From the NCBI RefSeq assembly GCF_055900595.2, contig NZ_CM148325.1: a DNA stretch of 64,000 nt; one strand, 5' to 3'. The position numbers were made by a program, and so were the translations under genes. Positions within the stretch are counted from its first letter, which is position 1, and each line of letters begins with the position of its first letter. Positions 12,902-23,839 of this stretch are shown piece by piece. The notes under the pieces are model-generated. The model had not been told where the DNA came from. It ran no database searches and saw only the letters and a program-made list of their open reading frames with translations.

Positions 12902-13813
12902 ATGCTGTGGTTCAAAAATTTAATGGTTTACCGTCTTAGCCGCGAGATTTCGCTGCGTGCAGAAGAGATGGAAAAACAGCTAGCCTCGATGGCATTTACC
13001 CCATGCGGCAGCCAGGACATGGCGAAGATGGGCTGGGTTCCTCCGATGGGATCGCACAGCGATGCGTTAACGCACGTTGCCAATGGTCAAATTGTTATCT
13101 GCGCGCGCAAAGAAGAAAAAATCCTCCCGTCTCCGGTGATTAAACAGGCGCTGGAAGCAAAAATCGCCAAGCTGGAAGCGGAACAGGCGCGCAAGCTGAA
13201 GAAAACCGAAAAAGATTCGCTGAAAGATGAAGTGCTGCACTCTCTTCTGCCGCGCGCTTTCAGCCGTTTCAGCCAAACCATGATGTGGATCGACACGGTA
13301 AACGGTTTGATTATGGTGGACTGCGCCAGTGCCAAAAAAGCAGAAGATACGCTGGCATTACTGCGTAAAAGCCTGGGGTCGTTACCGGTTGTACCATTGA
13401 GCATGGAAAACCCGATTGAACTGACGCTGACCGAATGGGTACGCTCTGGTAGTGCGGCACAAGGCTTCCAGCTGCTTGATGAAGCCGAACTGAAATCGTT
13501 GCTGGAAGATGGCGGCGTGATCCGCGCGAAGAAACAAGATTTGACCAGCGAAGAAATCACCAACCACATTGAAGCAGGAAAAGTGGTGACTAAACTGGCG
13601 CTCGACTGGCAGCAGCGCATTCAGTTTGTGATGTGCGACGATGGTTCACTCAAGCGTCTGAAGTTCTGCGACGAGCTGCGCGATCAAAACGAAGATATCG
13701 ACCGTGAAGATTTTGCCCAACGTTTTGATGCCGATTTCATCCTGATGACCGGTGAACTGGCAGCATTAATCCAAAACCTGATCGAAGGATTAGGTGGCGA
13801 AGCACAACGTTAA
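12902..13813 (+). CDS. rdgC: recombination-associated protein RdgC
   Basis: ORF track 12830..13813; start placed at [16 protein letters not shown] (303 aa). Confidence 0.92.
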
Positions 13814-13824
13814 TTGCTGATTTG

Positions 13825-13900
13825 CCTTTAATGCCGGATGCGACGCCTGCGGCGTCTTATCCGGCGTACGAATCCACACCAGGCATATAATCATTCGCTA
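13825..13900. repeat. REP element downstream of rdgC
   Basis: tgccggatgcgacgcctgcggcgtcttatccggcgtacg palindromic unit. Confidence 0.6.
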
Positions 13901-14036
13901 CGGCGGGCAATAATTTTTAGCGCAGCAATATTATGCGTTTTACGCCGTAACTGATCCAACCGTCTCATCCCTATTCGCCTGTCAGCGGCACGCAGAATAT
14001 TCACTAACCCCCATTTATCGCTGGTAAATTGTTTCG

Positions 14037-14345
14037 TTAACAGCTCCGCTTTTGGGTATCAATATATTCACGCAATAAATCAGAAATTGAACAAATATCC
14101 GTCAGATAAGGATACCAGCAAGTTTCACCATGAAAATTACGCACTCCACCATTGCCTGCCATAAAGTCTTTTGGGTAATCCCAGATCACGTCTTTATCCA
14201 ACGTGATCCAATAACGCGGTAAATCGGTGCTTCCACCATTTTGGCTGCGCATGGGATAACGGGTACAGTGAATTTGCAGGTTGATCGTTGGCGTCAGTAA
14301 GTCATAAATCTCCCTCTGTAACTTGCTCCAGGGGCGTTGTGTCAT
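14037..14345 (-). CDS. hypothetical 102-aa protein, translationally coupled (ATGA overlap) to the upstream 762-aa ORF; no signal peptide
   Basis: ORF track; start codon overlaps the stop of the large ORF; sits in the position of the K-12 ykiA locus but identity to ykiA is unverified. Confidence 0.6.
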   Translation of the reverse strand: MTQRPWSKLQREIYDLLTPTINLQIHCTRYPMRSQNGGSTDLPRYWITLDKDVIWDYPKDFMAGNGGVRNFHGETCWYPYLTDICSISDLLREYIDTQKRSC

Positions 14346-16630
14346 TGTTTTTCCTCAAGCCGGTTACGCGCTTCACTGCGAATTTGCCGCGTTGCCCCGG
14401 TTTTCACTAAATCACGTAACTGCGAAAGATCGGGCTGATCGACAAATAAGATTAATGATGGATCCTCTTTTAACCACGCCGTTTTCACATCGGCAGCCAA
14501 CTGTGGATTATTAATAGCCAGCGCCCGATCCTGTGACTCAGTCAATGTCGTTAACAAAGAGGCTGGGGTATGTACATTGCGCAACGCCGTCTGCCGCAAA
14601 TGATCATTGTGACTTTTCAGCAATCCGCACCACCATTCATCATCTGATTTATCTTTTATCGTATCCAGCTCCGCAAAAATATCGCTTTCCTCATGATTCC
14701 AGCGGTGTAATCCTCTTTCACTTTGTCTACGGGTGCTATTTTTCATACTGACAACAGACAACGCCCAGTCAGAGTTAAAACGATACTGTTGATCGAGTTT
14801 GTTGATAATTCCGGAGGGTAAATCTTTATTATCAAATAACTGGTTTCGCATCCGATAGCGGTATTCAGCAGGTAAATAAACCAGTAAATCGATAGCATTA
14901 TTAAGCATCTCTTCGTCAATAATACCATTATCAATCAGCGCCAGCTGTACTTCGTAGGCTTGCTCTTGATCTTCTTGCCGTTTACTCATCATTAATTTTA
15001 AGGTGTGTTGCCATAATTGTTTCTTATACTCCAGAGGTAACAATTTATCGCGTGCCAGCTCATACCAGATGCTGGGAATGTCATGCTGATTCAGTAGATA
15101 ACTAATCACTTCCTTCGAGGTCAGATAACGCATGCCGTCACGTAAATTGTGCACATCTTCTTTTGCCAAAGTCAGTTGACGCGACTCCGGCAAAGCGACC
15201 AATAACGCCTTCACGATATTTTTATTTTCTTTATTATCCAGATACATTTGTTCTGCGATACGTTCAACATCCTCTGTCCTCAGGGTCGCTGACAGTTGGG
15301 TGATTTTTAGTTCAGTAAGCGTCCGGGCTAATGCTTGACGAACTTTCAGCGATTTATCTTTACTCAACAACACCGCTTGTTGTGCGGTTAAATCGGTTCC
15401 GGTAATTCTTTCGCGTAACTCCAGATCTTCGCTATTTATCAATTCATCAACCACTGCAGTTGGAACCAGCCAGGCGTAATCGTAATGGCTGATTAATGTC
15501 TTGCGCACACTGAGAAAAGGGCTTTGACTTAACGATACAACAATATCAGGAGAAAGATTATCCTGTCTGGCCTGCTCCAGCTGTACGCTCTCGACGGGTA
15601 CAGACATTAATTTTTTATTCACTTCGGCGGATATATTGCTGTTTTTAACCAGTCCTCTGGCAACAGCTTCATCTTTAATTAATTCATCGGTAAGCAAATG
15701 CATGTGTTGAGCAGGCCAGGACTGCGCCATTGATTCACGCGTCTGGTCATCGGGGTGCTGTAACAGTTGCAGCATAACGGCGGTTGACAAACTTTCTATA
15801 TGAGTCAGAAAACGTGCCACCAGTGGATCTTCATGCTTTATTTTATCCGCAAGGAAATTATCGAGTTTCCCCGTTTCAATCCATTTTAATTTCTCATTAA
15901 TTTCAGGAGCAGCTTTATCTCGAAAAAGAGGTAAACCCTGAACGATATTGTCTACGACGCTATCATAGTCAGGATACGCATTGGAAATATTATCGGTTTC
16001 GATTTCACTATGATCATAAAGATTAGGCGTCACCAGTGAATAGGCTTTTTGAATATTCTCGTCCCAGTTATATTCTTCACCGCTTTCATCTTCATTGATA
16101 TAAAACTCAGCTTTGATGACCTCAAATTGCGTTGCTTTATCGGAAACAATAATGCCTCGCGCGTTAATTCCTTTCATCACTTCAAAGTTGTGATCATTAT
16201 AATCAGCATAAACTAAACCTTTTGCTGTCATCTGCCCTTTGACATACGCGAAATCATGATTAATAAAGTTATCGACAATAACATTACCTAATACAATCAG
16301 ATGACCATTACCTGACAGATAATCATCATAATCGCCGGAAATCGTTAAATTACCGTTCACCACCAGTTTATGCTGATTGCTGAAGTTAGTGGGTAATGAT
16401 AGGTCACCATTATGATAATACCAGCGGATATTATCTTTTAGCATATAAGCAGCTTCCATACTATCGTTGGTTGCCGCTTTAACCACGTTGCGCTCATCTG
16501 CCGTCATAAGATGAAAGTCAGAGGTGATAAGGTCCTCGCTACTGATCCACTCTGTGGCACATGCATTGCCAGTCATAAAAAATACGACCATACAGATGAC
16601 CAATATATTAATTCTATTCATAATCTTCAC
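14342..16630 (-). CDS. hypothetical secreted 762-aa repeat protein (Sec signal peptide; N-terminal Asn/Gly/Asp-rich beta-type region; C-terminal HEAT/LRV-like helical repeats)
   Basis: ORF track; N-terminus MKIMNRINILVICMVVFFMTGNACA has n/h/c regions of a Sec signal peptide; repeated motifs such as HLRQTALRNVHTPASLLTTLTES and DRALAINNPQLAADVKTAWLKEDPSL; locally AT-rich DNA. Confidence 0.75.
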   Translation of the reverse strand: MKIMNRINILVICMVVFFMTGNACATEWISSEDLITSDFHLMTADERNVVKAATNDSMEAAYMLKDNIRWYYHNGDLSLPTNFSNQHKLVVNGNLTISGDYDDYLSGNGHLIVLGNVIVDNFINHDFAYVKGQMTAKGLVYADYNDHNFEVMKGINARGIIVSDKATQFEVIKAEFYINEDESGEEYNWDENIQKAYSLVTPNLYDHSEIETDNISNAYPDYDSVVDNIVQGLPLFRDKAAPEINEKLKWIETGKLDNFLADKIKHEDPLVARFLTHIESLSTAVMLQLLQHPDDQTRESMAQSWPAQHMHLLTDELIKDEAVARGLVKNSNISAEVNKKLMSVPVESVQLEQARQDNLSPDIVVSLSQSPFLSVRKTLISHYDYAWLVPTAVVDELINSEDLELRERITGTDLTAQQAVLLSKDKSLKVRQALARTLTELKITQLSATLRTEDVERIAEQMYLDNKENKNIVKALLVALPESRQLTLAKEDVHNLRDGMRYLTSKEVISYLLNQHDIPSIWYELARDKLLPLEYKKQLWQHTLKLMMSKRQEDQEQAYEVQLALIDNGIIDEEMLNNAIDLLVYLPAEYRYRMRNQLFDNKDLPSGIINKLDQQYRFNSDWALSVVSMKNSTRRQSERGLHRWNHEESDIFAELDTIKDKSDDEWWCGLLKSHNDHLRQTALRNVHTPASLLTTLTESQDRALAINNPQLAADVKTAWLKEDPSLILFVDQPDLSQLRDLVKTGATRQIRSEARNRLEEKQ

Positions 16631-16725
16631 TGATATTTATATCAACCTTGATGAATTATGAATATATCGGAAATCGAAAAAATCGCAGCAAAGGAAATAT
16701 TATTATGGGTTAAAGAGAGGATATT

Positions 16726-16760
16726 TCAGAAAAATGCCCTCCCGTTCATGGGGAAGGCGA
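16726..16760 (-). terminator. possible ppnP terminator hairpin followed by a T-run
   Basis: Minus-strand CCUUCCCC..GGGAGGG stem followed by AUUUUUCUG, about 10 bp downstream of the ppnP stop. Confidence 0.4.
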
Positions 16761-16764
16761 GGAA

Positions 16765-17049
16765 TTACAGATAGCGGCACAGATAAGAGGTGGGTTCGGC
16801 AACTTGCAGATGAAACTCGCTGTGACCGGGAACATTAAACACCGAACCGGCTTCATACACTTGCCAGTCGGTCGCGTCAGGCAGTAAAACATTCAGCGCG
16901 CCACTGATTACCGTCATCTCTTCCGGTTCAGCGGTGCTGAAGGTGTATTCGCCTTCAACCATAACACCTACGCTGGCGCGGCCAGTGCTACTGCTGGAAA
17001 AGCCGATCGATTTCACTTTGCCGGAAAAGTACTCATTACTTTGAAGCAT
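16765..17049 (-). CDS. ppnP: pyrimidine/purine nucleoside phosphorylase PpnP (YaiE)
   Basis: ORF track, 94 aa, [17 protein letters not shown] matches YaiE. Confidence 0.9.
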
Positions 17050-17120
17050 AAACTGGCCCTGTCTGGTAGTTGAACATCTACTTCACTATAGGGGCCAGAG
17101 GCGCTGGCTGTCACGCAAAA

Positions 17121-17798
17121 TTACACCAGCAATTCCGCTGCCAGCCTTGCAATCAATACGTTAGAGAGCAAGACAGGAACATTGAGCTGTTTTTGCAGTA
17201 AATCGCGATGACGCTGGTTAAATCCCAAACAATCCAGCATGATGACATCTGCGCCTTTTGCCAGTAATTCTTTCCCGGCATCAATGATTTTTTGTTCCGA
17301 ATCATGAATGGGGTTACCCAATGAAAATACCGGCGATTTCTGCAAAATTTGCCATTTTTGCGCCTGAACGGGCAGCATCTCCTCAACCGGAACGATAACC
17401 CCCACCTGATGATCTTCAATAATAGAGGAAACCAGCGGTGGCAATATTCGCGACGGCTCAAGAAAGATCGTATTACGCGCGGTCATACTACTAATGTTTG
17501 CCGTACTCATTAATATAATGACGTCGTAACCCTGATTATCGAGCACTTCAACCACACCTTGCAGGTCTCGCTCCACTTTGCGACGCGAAACATGGGCCAG
17601 CTGGTTGTCATTTAATAATGTGAGAATTGTGTCTTCGCCTGCTTCTGGCGCGTACTCCGCCATCACTTCTTCGCGGCTTAACTTCCCCAGCAGGCTATGA
17701 TGGGAAATATTATCTTCGTCAATGTATTCTGTCAGGAGCGGCAAAACTTCCTGCATAGGTACAATGCCGATGGTCAGGATCGCCAACGACGCACTCAT
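17121..17798 (-). CDS. aroM: AroM protein
   Basis: ORF track, 225 aa, [22 protein letters not shown]. Confidence 0.92.
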   Translation of the reverse strand: MSASLAILTIGIVPMQEVLPLLTEYIDEDNISHHSLLGKLSREEVMAEYAPEAGEDTILTLLNDNQLAHVSRRKVERDLQGVVEVLDNQGYDVIILMSTANISSMTARNTIFLEPSRILPPLVSSIIEDHQVGVIVPVEEMLPVQAQKWQILQKSPVFSLGNPIHDSEQKIIDAGKELLAKGADVIMLDCLGFNQRHRDLLQKQLNVPVLLSNVLIARLAAELLV

Positions 17799-18055
17799 TG
17801 TTCTTCCACCTTACTTTTATTTCGTCGTTAATTACCAGGCAAGCGCTAAGCACCACTGCCGACACTTACCTGTGCTACAAATGACAAAAAGCGTAGCAGC
17901 AGACCTGCACGGCATAATGTAAAGATTCCAAATGATTCCAGTAATGGATTGTTATTGTTTAATATTCTAATTATTTGAAAAACATGAATTGTGAAAAATG
18001 TGACGCAGATCCCTTGTGGTGGCACTCAGAATCCCTTCCGAGCAGTCTGATGCGG

Positions 18056-18256
<201 letters not shown>

Positions 18257-18296
18257 TTATTTCACGGGATGAACGTTAAGTATAGGCGCTCGAAAA

Positions 18297-18821
18297 TCAA
18301 CAATTGATCGTCTGTGCCAGGGCGCTGCGAATTTCAGAAATCACCTGGCTGGGTTCGTTTGTTGCGTCGATGATAATATGCGCAACTTCGCGATATAGCG
18401 CATCGCGTTCTTCCAGCACTTCCTGAACTTCTTCGCTCAGCGGTTTCCCCGTTAAGGTTGGCCGTAAATCTTCTTCCGGTGCAGCTTGCAGTCGGTTAAC
18501 CAGGACTGATACTGGCGCACACAAATAAACCACGATCCCGTTATTTTGCATAAAGTGACGATTAAATTCCGTCAGGATAATGCCGCCGCCCGTGGCGATA
18601 ACGGTGGATGGCGCAGTTACCGCTTCCAACGCCGCCGTTTCTCTGGCGCGGAATCCCGCCCACTCTTCCCTTTCGACGATCTCCGCGACCGTCATATTGA
18701 GCTGTGATTGCAACCACTGGTCGGTATCGACAAATCGACGGTTAAGCGAATCGGCAAGGGCCATTCCGACCGTTGTTTTACCACAGCCCCGAGGCCCGAT
18801 CAGAAAAAGAGGTTGTGTCAT
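18297..18821 (-). CDS. aroL: shikimate kinase II AroL
   Basis: ORF track, 174 aa, Walker [10 protein letters not shown]. Confidence 0.95.
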
Positions 18822-18849
18822 CGTGGGTTTTCCCCAATAGGTCGCAATG

Positions 18850-19000
18850 CGGCGAAAGCCGGTGTCATGAGAATAGCGATCATACCATCAAACTAGTACA
18901 ATTTCGATTGTAAAGAAAAAATTCCACTTAAAGTGAAAATTTTAATACATCCCTTACTATACCAATAAATTTTCAAGAATGAAGTGTAAATAATAAATTA
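18850..19000 (-). promoter_or_regulatory. aroL promoter region with TyrR-box-like (TGTAAA-N6-TTTACA-like) and TrpR-like (actagtac) motifs
   Basis: tgtaaataataaattaca and tgtaaagaaaaaattcca motifs plus caaactagtacaat seen upstream of aroL; assignment rests on known TyrR/TrpR control of aroL. Confidence 0.45.
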
Positions 19001-19003
19001 CAT

Positions 19004-19462
19004 TCAGCCACGACTACGTTGCACTTCCAGCCACCACTTCTCCAGCTCCGCGGCAAAGGCCTGGCGGTCACGTTGTGTAAGGCTATCTGGTCCCCCGGTC
19101 TGGATCCCACTGGCGCGTAAGGTATCCATAAAATCGCGCATCGTCAGGCGCTCACGAATGGTCGCTGGTGTGTAACGTTCGCCGCGTGGATTAAGCGCCG
19201 CAGCGCCTTTCTCGATGGCTTCAGCAGCCAAAGGAATATCTGCGGTGATCACCAAATCGCCAGCTTCACACTGCCGGACAATTTCGTTATCGGCAACGTC
19301 GAAACCTGCCGCGACGCGCAGCGTTCGAATAAATCGCGAAGGCGGTACGCGTAAACTCTGGTTTGCTACCAGTACCAGCGGCATCTGCATACGTTCAGCC
19401 GCGCGATACAAAATCTCTTTAATTACATTGGGACACGCGTCGGCATCCACCCAAATTGTCAT
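19004..19462 (-). CDS. yaiI: YaiI (UPF0178 family)
   Basis: ORF track 19004..19582; start placed at [13 protein letters not shown]. Confidence 0.85.
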   Translation of the reverse strand: MTIWVDADACPNVIKEILYRAAERMQMPLVLVANQSLRVPPSRFIRTLRVAAGFDVADNEIVRQCEAGDLVITADIPLAAEAIEKGAAALNPRGERYTPATIRERLTMRDFMDTLRASGIQTGGPDSLTQRDRQAFAAELEKWWLEVQRSRG

Positions 19463-19581
19463 AAAGTCATCCTTTGTTGGGTAATTCTCTATTGTGTCGC
19501 GCTTTTGCCTTCCGGCATAGTTCTGTTTATGCTTCTGCCAGCGATTATCAAAACAATGAATTTCACGGCAGGAGTGAGGCA

Positions 19582-20391
19582 ATGGAAAAGAAAATCGGTT
19601 TTATTGGCTGCGGCAATATGGGAAAAGCCATTCTCGGCGGTCTGATTGCCAGCGGTCAGGTGCTTCCAGGGCAAATCTGGGTATATACCCCCTCCCCGGA
19701 TAAAGTCGCCGCCCTGCATGACCAGTTCGGCATCAACGCCGCAGAATCGGCGCAAGAAGTGGCGCAAATCGCCGACATCATTTTTGCCGCCGTTAAACCA
19801 GGCATCATGATTAAAGTGCTTAGCGAAATCACCTCCAGCCTGAATAAAGACTCTCTGGTCGTTTCTATTGCAGCAGGTGTCACGCTCGACCAGCTTGCCC
19901 GCGCGCTGGGCCATGACCGGAAAATTATCCGCGCCATGCCGAACACTCCCGCACTGGTTAATGCCGGGATGACCTCCGTAACGCCAAACGCGCTGGTAAC
20001 CCCAGAAGATACCGCTGATGTGCTGAATATTTTCCGCTGCTTTGGCGAAGCGGAAGTAATTGCCGAGCCGATGATCCACCCGGTGGTCGGTGTGAGCGGT
20101 TCTTCGCCAGCCTACGTCTTTATGTTTATCGAAGCGATGGCCGACGCCGCCGTGCTGGGCGGGATGCCACGCGCCCAGGCGTATAAATTTGCCGCTCAGG
20201 CGGTAATGGGTTCCGCAAAAATGGTGCTGGAAACGGGAGAACATCCGGGGGCACTGAAAGATATGGTCTGCTCACCGGGAGGCACCACCATTGAGGCGGT
20301 ACGCGTACTGGAAGAGAAAGGCTTCCGTGCCGCAGTAATCGAAGCGATGACGAAGTGTATGGAAAAATCAGAAAAACTCAGCAAATCCTGA
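19582..20391 (+). CDS. proC: pyrroline-5-carboxylate reductase ProC
   Basis: ORF track 19474..20391; start at [14 protein letters not shown] with RBS ggagtgagg upstream (269 aa). Confidence 0.95.
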   Translation: MEKKIGFIGCGNMGKAILGGLIASGQVLPGQIWVYTPSPDKVAALHDQFGINAAESAQEVAQIADIIFAAVKPGIMIKVLSEITSSLNKDSLVVSIAAGVTLDQLARALGHDRKIIRAMPNTPALVNAGMTSVTPNALVTPEDTADVLNIFRCFGEAEVIAEPMIHPVVGVSGSSPAYVFMFIEAMADAAVLGGMPRAQAYKFAAQAVMGSAKMVLETGEHPGALKDMVCSPGGTTIEAVRVLEEKGFRAAVIEAMTKCMEKSEKLSKS

Positions 20392-20407
20392 TGATTTTTG
20401 CCGGACG

Positions 20408-21523
20408 TCAGGCCGCCACTTCGGTGCGGTTACGTCCTGCTTTCTTTGCTTTGTAGAGCGCCAAATCTGCCGATTTCAACCACTCCCGATAGTGACTCAT
20501 TTGTGGATTCAGCGGCGCAACCCCCACACTAATCCGTAATGTTACCTGTGGCGTATTCGGCAAACGTAACGTGTTTAGCCCTTCATGCACCCGTAACATG
20601 GCGGTAATGGCGCTCTCAGCTGGCGTACCGGACATGATCACCGCAAACTCATCGCCGCCAAACCGACCAATCACATCGCTACCGCGCAGGGTTATTTGTA
20701 ACTGTCGGGTAAGCGCCACAATCGCTTCATCGCCCACATCATGGCCCCAGGTATCGTTGATGCTCTTGAAATGGTCGATATCGATAATCAGTAATGTCGC
20801 ATCGCGGTTATGCCGCCGACAGTTATCAAATTCATTGCGTAACATCGTTTCCCAATGACGTCGGTTATACACGCCCGTCATACCGTCGCGGGTACTCATG
20901 ACCTGCAACCTGCGTTTATGTTCCGCCAGTTTAGTCGCCGTCTGGTAGCTGACCCAGCCAAACAGCAGAGGATAAATGACGATAATGGGAAGGGAGAGCC
21001 ACCATTCCAGCGGCGCACTATTGAACGACACGGTGATACCCGTCAGTTCGAGGGTGACAAGGCAGGAAACCACCATCAACACCAGACCCGCGACAAACAA
21101 ACGGGGGCCGCCTGCCCCCATCAAATTCAGACACATAATCATCAACATCGCGGTGGAAGGCAGCACGTTTACGCCCATTACGCCTACCCACATTCCCGCT
21201 AATACTGCATCGGTTTTTAAGTTATAAATTTCCCGGCTAAGCGGATCGACAGCCCTACTCGCAATCTGCCAGGCTAAATGCGGCCAGACGAACGCCCAGC
21301 CGACCAACACCAGCCACCACCAGCCCGGCGGCGGGTGCGAAACCAGCGTTGAAGCAATCGGTAAGAACATGCCAGCCAGGCCAACCGCGCGGGGTAGTCT
21401 GACGCGACGGGCGAAGCGCAGCCCGGACCGCTGATGTTCGTTTTGAGGAGTTAAAGGAGGTTCCTCCCCATGCGCCGCCGCTTTTTTGAAAAAGTTTTCA
21501 TCATTCATTATTTTTGGGAACAT
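20408..21523 (-). CDS. dgcC: diguanylate cyclase DgcC (AdrA/YaiC), MASE2 + GGDEF
   Basis: ORF track, 371 aa; GGDEF motif RFGGDEF present. Confidence 0.92.
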   Translation of the reverse strand: MFPKIMNDENFFKKAAAHGEEPPLTPQNEHQRSGLRFARRVRLPRAVGLAGMFLPIASTLVSHPPPGWWWLVLVGWAFVWPHLAWQIASRAVDPLSREIYNLKTDAVLAGMWVGVMGVNVLPSTAMLMIMCLNLMGAGGPRLFVAGLVLMVVSCLVTLELTGITVSFNSAPLEWWLSLPIIVIYPLLFGWVSYQTATKLAEHKRRLQVMSTRDGMTGVYNRRHWETMLRNEFDNCRRHNRDATLLIIDIDHFKSINDTWGHDVGDEAIVALTRQLQITLRGSDVIGRFGGDEFAVIMSGTPAESAITAMLRVHEGLNTLRLPNTPQVTLRISVGVAPLNPQMSHYREWLKSADLALYKAKKAGRNRTEVAA

Positions 21524-21624
21524 TCAGAAACAATTTTCCCAAATTATAGAGACGGGGCTAAAGGCAGAAGTATGAAATTTCGGGTGAGCCATTTTCGTAG
21601 CTCACCCGTTAGCACTATCAGGTA

Positions 21625-21945
21625 TCACGCGGCTTTCTTGAGGCAGGCACTCATAAACTTATTACGATCATCACCTTTCAGAGATTGTTGCGTTGCTTGA
21701 TTATTACATTCGCGCATCTTTTGCTGCTGTGGCGTCAAACTTTTTTCATCAGACGCAGACTTGCTGTTCTTCAGGCAATCACTCATGTAGGTCTTACGAG
21801 CATCCCCTTTCAACGCCTGCGCCGTCGCCTGCTGATTACAGGAGGTCATACGCTGTTGTTGCGGGGTTAAGGTTCTCTCGGCAGCGCCGACGGTGGTTAA
21901 AAAAACCAGTCCGAAAAGCAAGGTAACCAGTAATGTTATTTTCAT
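21625..21945 (-). CDS. psiF: phosphate starvation-inducible protein PsiF
   Basis: ORF track 21625..21963; start placed at MKITLLVTLLFGL; duplicated LTPQQQ..C..QA motif. Confidence 0.9.
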   Translation of the reverse strand: MKITLLVTLLFGLVFLTTVGAAERTLTPQQQRMTSCNQQATAQALKGDARKTYMSDCLKNSKSASDEKSLTPQQQKMRECNNQATQQSLKGDDRNKFMSACLKKAA

Positions 21946-22063
21946 AGCACCATCCCTCTTCATGTTTTAACCATGAGCGTTTGCGCCCGTGATCTGCCAT
22001 TAAGTCTGGTTGCTAACCGCAAAAAAACCACCCGACAGCGAAAATTCACCGCCGGGCGCGGTT

Positions 22064-23479
22064 TTATTTCAGCCCCAGGGCGGCTTTCATGGTGTAGAAG
22101 AGATCGGTCTGGTCGGTCAGTCCAACGACATTGGCGGCATGTGGGCCATACGCCGCAATACGCAGCTGACTACCGGTATGTTCTTGTGAATCCTCTTCGG
22201 AGTTCCCGTAACTCATTACCATCACCGCGCCATCTTTGGTATTTAGCGCCTGGGTGAGGCCCGGCGCTTTGGTGTCCGGCGCGACAATCTGGCTGGCGTG
22301 GGCGTGATCAGCGGTGACTATGACCAGCGTGTTGCCATCCTTTTTAGCGAATTCCAGCGCCCGTTGTACGGCTTCGTCGAGATCGACCGTCTCGCCAATT
22401 TGCCCACAAGGATTCGCCGCGTGATCCTGTTTATCGATTGATGCACCTTCAACTTGCAGGAAAAAGCCTTTCTCATTTTTACTCAACAATTCAATGGCTT
22501 TATCAGTCATCTGCGCCAGGGTCGGTACGCTGTCATTACGTTGCGGATTAGGCGTACAGGTAACTGCGGGCTTGTCGATATTGCCGTGGTACGTTGCTTT
22601 CGGTCCTTGCCTGCGCACTGGCATATTGCCGTCAGCAAACAGGCCAAGCAGGGGTTTTTGCTGGTTCGCTTCCGTCACTGCGTTCAGCGAGGCAGCGTCG
22701 TTCACTAACTGATAACCACGCACCTGCGCCTGTTCACGCAGCGTTTTTCCCTGCCATTCACCAGCGGTTGCCGTTTCCGCAAAGGTTTTTGCGCCGCCGC
22801 CAAGCGTAACATCGGCACGGGCGTTAAGCAGCTGTTCGGTAATCGATCCTTTTCCGCCTTTTTCCAGCGCGTTACCCGGACATTTTTCACTGGTCGCGCT
22901 CGGACCGTAGCATTTGCGCGAAGTCACATGCGCCACCAACGCGGCGGGAGTGGCATCCTGCAACTCTGCGGTAGAAACGTTACCGGTCGCCAGCCCTGCG
23001 GCTTTTGCCATTTCCAGAATCGTTGGGTGATCTTTTTCATGAATATCGACACCCAATGCGCCGTTATAGGTTTTGACACCGGTTGACCAGGCAGTTGCGG
23101 ATGCAGCCGAGTCGGTAACGTAGTCCGGTTTGCCGGTTTTTTTATTCAGCGCATAGTGAGTGTATTGCCCGGTAAGCGGTAAGGCATCAATACCTTTAAA
23201 AAAGCCGCCCGCACCTTCGGCATAATTACGTGCGGCAGTAATTTCCGAATCCCCCATCCCATCGCCAATCAGCAAAATAATATTTTTTGCAGGCTTATCG
23301 CTAAGAGAATCACGCAGAGCGGCGCTCTGATCACCCGTTAAGCGGCGAGCACCGCCGGGTGCAGTAATATCGCCCTGAGCAGCCCGGTTTTCCAGAACAG
23401 GCATTTCTGGTGTCCGGGCTTTTGTCACAGGGGAAAACAGTAACGGTAAGAGTGCCAGTGCAATAGTGCTTTGTTTCAC
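22064..23479 (-). CDS. phoA: alkaline phosphatase PhoA, GTG start
   Basis: ORF track, 471 aa; [15 protein letters not shown] signal peptide; near-identical to K-12 PhoA as I recall it. Confidence 0.97.
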   Translation of the reverse strand: MKQSTIALALLPLLFSPVTKARTPEMPVLENRAAQGDITAPGGARRLTGDQSAALRDSLSDKPAKNIILLIGDGMGDSEITAARNYAEGAGGFFKGIDALPLTGQYTHYALNKKTGKPDYVTDSAASATAWSTGVKTYNGALGVDIHEKDHPTILEMAKAAGLATGNVSTAELQDATPAALVAHVTSRKCYGPSATSEKCPGNALEKGGKGSITEQLLNARADVTLGGGAKTFAETATAGEWQGKTLREQAQVRGYQLVNDAASLNAVTEANQQKPLLGLFADGNMPVRRQGPKATYHGNIDKPAVTCTPNPQRNDSVPTLAQMTDKAIELLSKNEKGFFLQVEGASIDKQDHAANPCGQIGETVDLDEAVQRALEFAKKDGNTLVIVTADHAHASQIVAPDTKAPGLTQALNTKDGAVMVMSYGNSEEDSQEHTGSQLRIAAYGPHAANVVGLTDQTDLFYTMKAALGLK

Positions 23480-23534
23480 TTTATTTTCTCCATGTACAAA
23501 TACATTAAAAATAAAAACAAAGCGACTATAAGTC

Positions 23535-23565
23535 TCGGCCGTGACAGCTTTATGACAGCTGTTGA
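23535..23565 (-). promoter_or_regulatory. Pho box of the phoA promoter (ctgtcataaagctgtcac on the minus strand)
   Basis: Reverse complement of about 23541-23558 gives the CTGTCATA-A-A-G-CTGTCAC direct repeats. Confidence 0.7.
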
Positions 23566-23578
23566 AAAGATTACCTTT

Positions 23579-23839
23579 TTACTGACGAGGATGCTTCAAT
23601 AACTTCTTTACATAATTGCGCAGCAGCTCCGTATCGTCGTCAGGAATGCTGGCATCGGGCTTTACCTCGTAAAGTGCCCCCTCTACCTGATCAATCAACC
23701 GCTGTTGGTCATTTTGCGCCATATTACGAAGCATTGCAGTGACGATAATCTCCAGTGCTTCTACCTGCGCGCACAGTTCTTTCGACTCTTCTTCTTTTTG
23801 GGCAAGCTTAAATAACAACTCAGCAATGAGATTTTTCAT
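23579..23839 (-). CDS. iraP: anti-adaptor protein IraP
   Basis: ORF track, 86 aa, [22 protein letters not shown]. Confidence 0.9.
   Translation of the reverse strand: MKNLIAELLFKLAQKEEESKELCAQVEALEIIVTAMLRNMAQNDQQRLIDQVEGALYEVKPDASIPDDDTELLRNYVKKLLKHPRQ

Noticed and set aside
14037-16630. Toxin-immunity or polymorphic-toxin interpretation of the two-gene module
   Set aside because: No recognisable toxin or nuclease domain, no Rhs/CdiA/T6SS context, and the large protein has a plain Sec signal; kept only as an open hypothesis.
21964-22063. Hairpin-like accgcgcccggcggt sequence between phoA and psiF considered as a terminator or attenuator
   Set aside because: Stem is short and imperfect in my reading and the flanking T-run is ambiguous; not confident enough to call.
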